A stretch of DNA of 64,000 nucleotides, taken from contig CAWFGE010000013.1 of the NCBI GenBank assembly GCA_963815195.1, forward strand, positions 608,001 through 672,000, given 5' to 3'. The DNA comes from an uncultured Planctomycetaceae bacterium. Its GTDB lineage: Bacteria; Planctomycetota; Planctomycetia; Planctomycetales; Planctomycetaceae. Below, in pieces: positions 62,398 to 64,000 of this stretch. Position 1 is the first letter of the stretch. The number at the start of each line of letters is the position of its first letter. A program made the translations under genes and the position numbers. The notes under the pieces were generated by a model. That model was not told the DNA's origin and made no database searches. It saw only the letters and a list, made by a program, of their open reading frames with translations.

Positions 62398-63231
62398 ATG
62401 AATCCAAAAATCGCGTGTTTCACCAACAGCTACGGCCGGTTCGGGGGCGAGGCGGCGGTTGCGCATTTGCCGACGGTGGGGATCGAATGGCTGGAACTGC
62501 CGATCCGCACCGATCCGGGGCCGGGCTTTTTTGGGGATCTTCCGCTTATTACCATAGAAGCCAACTCCGCCAAGATCGCGGCCCTTCAGCATCGGATCAC
62601 CAAGGCGGGTTTGCGGATCTCGAGTTGCAATGTGACCAGCGGCAATCCGCTCGATCCCGAAGTACTCGCCGTCACCAAAAAGAAGCTCGATATCGCTGCG
62701 AACTTCGGCGTGGAACTCGTCGTGGGCGGAGCGGGGGAAGCGGAAAGCGAAACCGACCGCGACACGTTGTACCGGCATCTGACGGAAATCGGCGATCACG
62801 CGGCCGACTTGGGGATCGTGTATTGCTTCGAGACGCATCCCGGCCTCTGCCAGCATCCGGGTTCCATGCTGGAAACAATGGACCGGCTGGGTCATCCGCA
62901 TCTCAAGTTGAACTTCGACACCGGCAACGTGCTTTACTACAACGAAGGTGCGGATGTGTTAATGGCTCTCCGGCAGGTGCGGGAGCACGTCCGGCACGTG
63001 CATTTGAAGGACACCAACGGCCGATACCGCGACTGGCATTTCCCCGCCTTGGGAGCGGGCGGTGCCGTGGACTTCGCGGCGGTCAAGCGGATTCTCGATG
63101 AGGGGAATTACGCCGGCCCTTACAGCCTGGAACTCGAAGGCATCGAAGGCGAGCCGGAATTGTCGCTGGCGGACTATCAAACCCGCGTCGCCGACAGCAT
63201 GAAGCACCTCAAAAGTTGCGGTTTTGCGTGA
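62398..63231 (+). CDS. Sugar phosphate isomerase/epimerase (xylose isomerase-like TIM barrel)
   Basis: Metal motifs FETHPG, NFDTGN, HVHLKD, YSLELE. Confidence 0.88.
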   Translation: MNPKIACFTNSYGRFGGEAAVAHLPTVGIEWLELPIRTDPGPGFFGDLPLITIEANSAKIAALQHRITKAGLRISSCNVTSGNPLDPEVLAVTKKKLDIAANFGVELVVGGAGEAESETDRDTLYRHLTEIGDHAADLGIVYCFETHPGLCQHPGSMLETMDRLGHPHLKLNFDTGNVLYYNEGADVLMALRQVREHVRHVHLKDTNGRYRDWHFPALGAGGAVDFAAVKRILDEGNYAGPYSLELEGIEGEPELSLADYQTRVADSMKHLKSCGFA

Positions 63232-63252
63232 TTTCCGTTGTTCGAAAGAACG

Positions 63253-63385
63253 GAGCCGCGCACGAAGTAAGCGGTCTTGAAATCGTCAAAACCGCTTACT
63301 TCGTGCGCGGCTCAAAAAATCAGAAAACCGCTTACTTCGTGCGCGGCTCAAAAAATCAGAAAACCGCTTACTTCGTGCGCGGCTC
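63253..63385. repeat. Family B REP with the right arm tandemly triplicated (36-bp period)
   Basis: gagccgcgcacgaagtaagcggt, then accgcttacttcgtgcgcggctc at 63291, 63327 and 63363 with identical linkers. Confidence 0.9.
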
Positions 63386-63390
63386 AAAAA

Positions 63391-64000
63391 TCAGTCGCCG
63401 AGTTTGCCGAGTTTGCCGAACTTGAGGGTGGTGATCCACACGAACGGCTGGCCGAGTTCGTCGATCTTCAAATCGTGCGACAAGCGGTTCGGATTGGTGA
63501 CGCCGCGGAGAAGCAGGCTCCAGGAGGTTTTGCGGGGCGGATAGTTCACCCGCGTTTTGACGAGGTCGATCCCGTTGGCTTCGATGCGGTAATGATCGTA
63601 GCGGATCGGGATTTTCGTTTTGGCCGAGATCGCGGTGAGCACATCGACGATGGGCAGATTGTCGAGATCGACAGGCACGAACTCAAACAGGCTGGGGGCG
63701 GTTTGCTGCCGGCTGTTTCTCAGCTGCCAACCTACGGGCCAGACCTCGGTGGTCTTTTGCAGCGGGACGACGGAGATTTCCAATTTGCCGGCTGGCGTGC
63801 GGACGGGACGGAAGCCCAAGCCGTATTCGTTGAGCAGCATCGCCAACGCGGTGCCGCGGGAAAACCCCTCGAGCGATTGCGGGAACGGGCCGCGGTTGGG
63901 AAACTCCGACTTGAGCCAATCGCTCGCGTCCTGGGTCATGCGGACCGGGTAGTTGGCGGGGATGTCCAGGCGGTCGATGGCTTTTTCCAACGACTGGTCT
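63391..64000 (-). CDS. Hypothetical protein, C-terminal part (5' end outside the window)
   Basis: Open frame to the window edge, codon usage like neighbouring genes; no recognisable motif. Confidence 0.65.
   Translation of the reverse strand, partial: DQSLEKAIDRLDIPANYPVRMTQDASDWLKSEFPNRGPFPQSLEGFSRGTALAMLLNEYGLGFRPVRTPAGKLEISVVPLQKTTEVWPVGWQLRNSRQQTAPSLFEFVPVDLDNLPIVDVLTAISAKTKIPIRYDHYRIEANGIDLVKTRVNYPPRKTSWSLLLRGVTNPNRLSHDLKIDELGQPFVWITTLKFGKLGKLGD

Noticed and set aside
63291..63394. CRISPR array (23-bp repeat x3)
   Set aside because: The linkers are identical and only 13 bp, the repeat is the inverted arm of a dispersed REP, and there are no cas genes.

Overview
High-GC bacterial chromosome segment with strong Planctomycetota hallmarks: a DUF1559 prepilin-like gene, three sulfatases, an ECF sigma factor/Ser-Thr kinase-WD40 pair, an LEPR-xLL-type extracellular protein and an alpha2-type GlyRS. 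Housekeeping genes include ilvE, lolD/lolC-E, lysS, mrp, lpxI/lpxD, queA, coaD, three Hsp20 genes, an ALDH7-type dehydrogenase, glyQS and tRNA-Gln(TTG). About 16 genes or gene pairs are split by apparent small frameshifts, including essential ones, which points to sequencing or assembly indels rather than pseudogenes. The most striking unexplained structure is a dense set of palindromic repeats. A REP-associated HUH/Y1 transposase (RAYT, 9065-9619) is flanked by a 28-bp hairpin REP that has 12 copies in the window, shows compensatory stem changes, and forms a 90-bp doublet inserted in frame inside lysS. At least six other REP/MITE-like families are present. A 23-bp mini-hairpin sits inside REPs of two different families and is tandemly amplified at one site. 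Other highlights: an apparently circularly permuted alkaline phosphatase, an ABC exporter with all ATPase motifs degenerate, an Mrp/ApbC lacking the Fe-S CxxC motif, two tandem secreted Gly/Tyr-rich paralogs after a zinc peptidase, and a sigma54-type promoter architecture before the Hsp20 cluster. All calls come from reading the sequence and motifs; no database searches were run.
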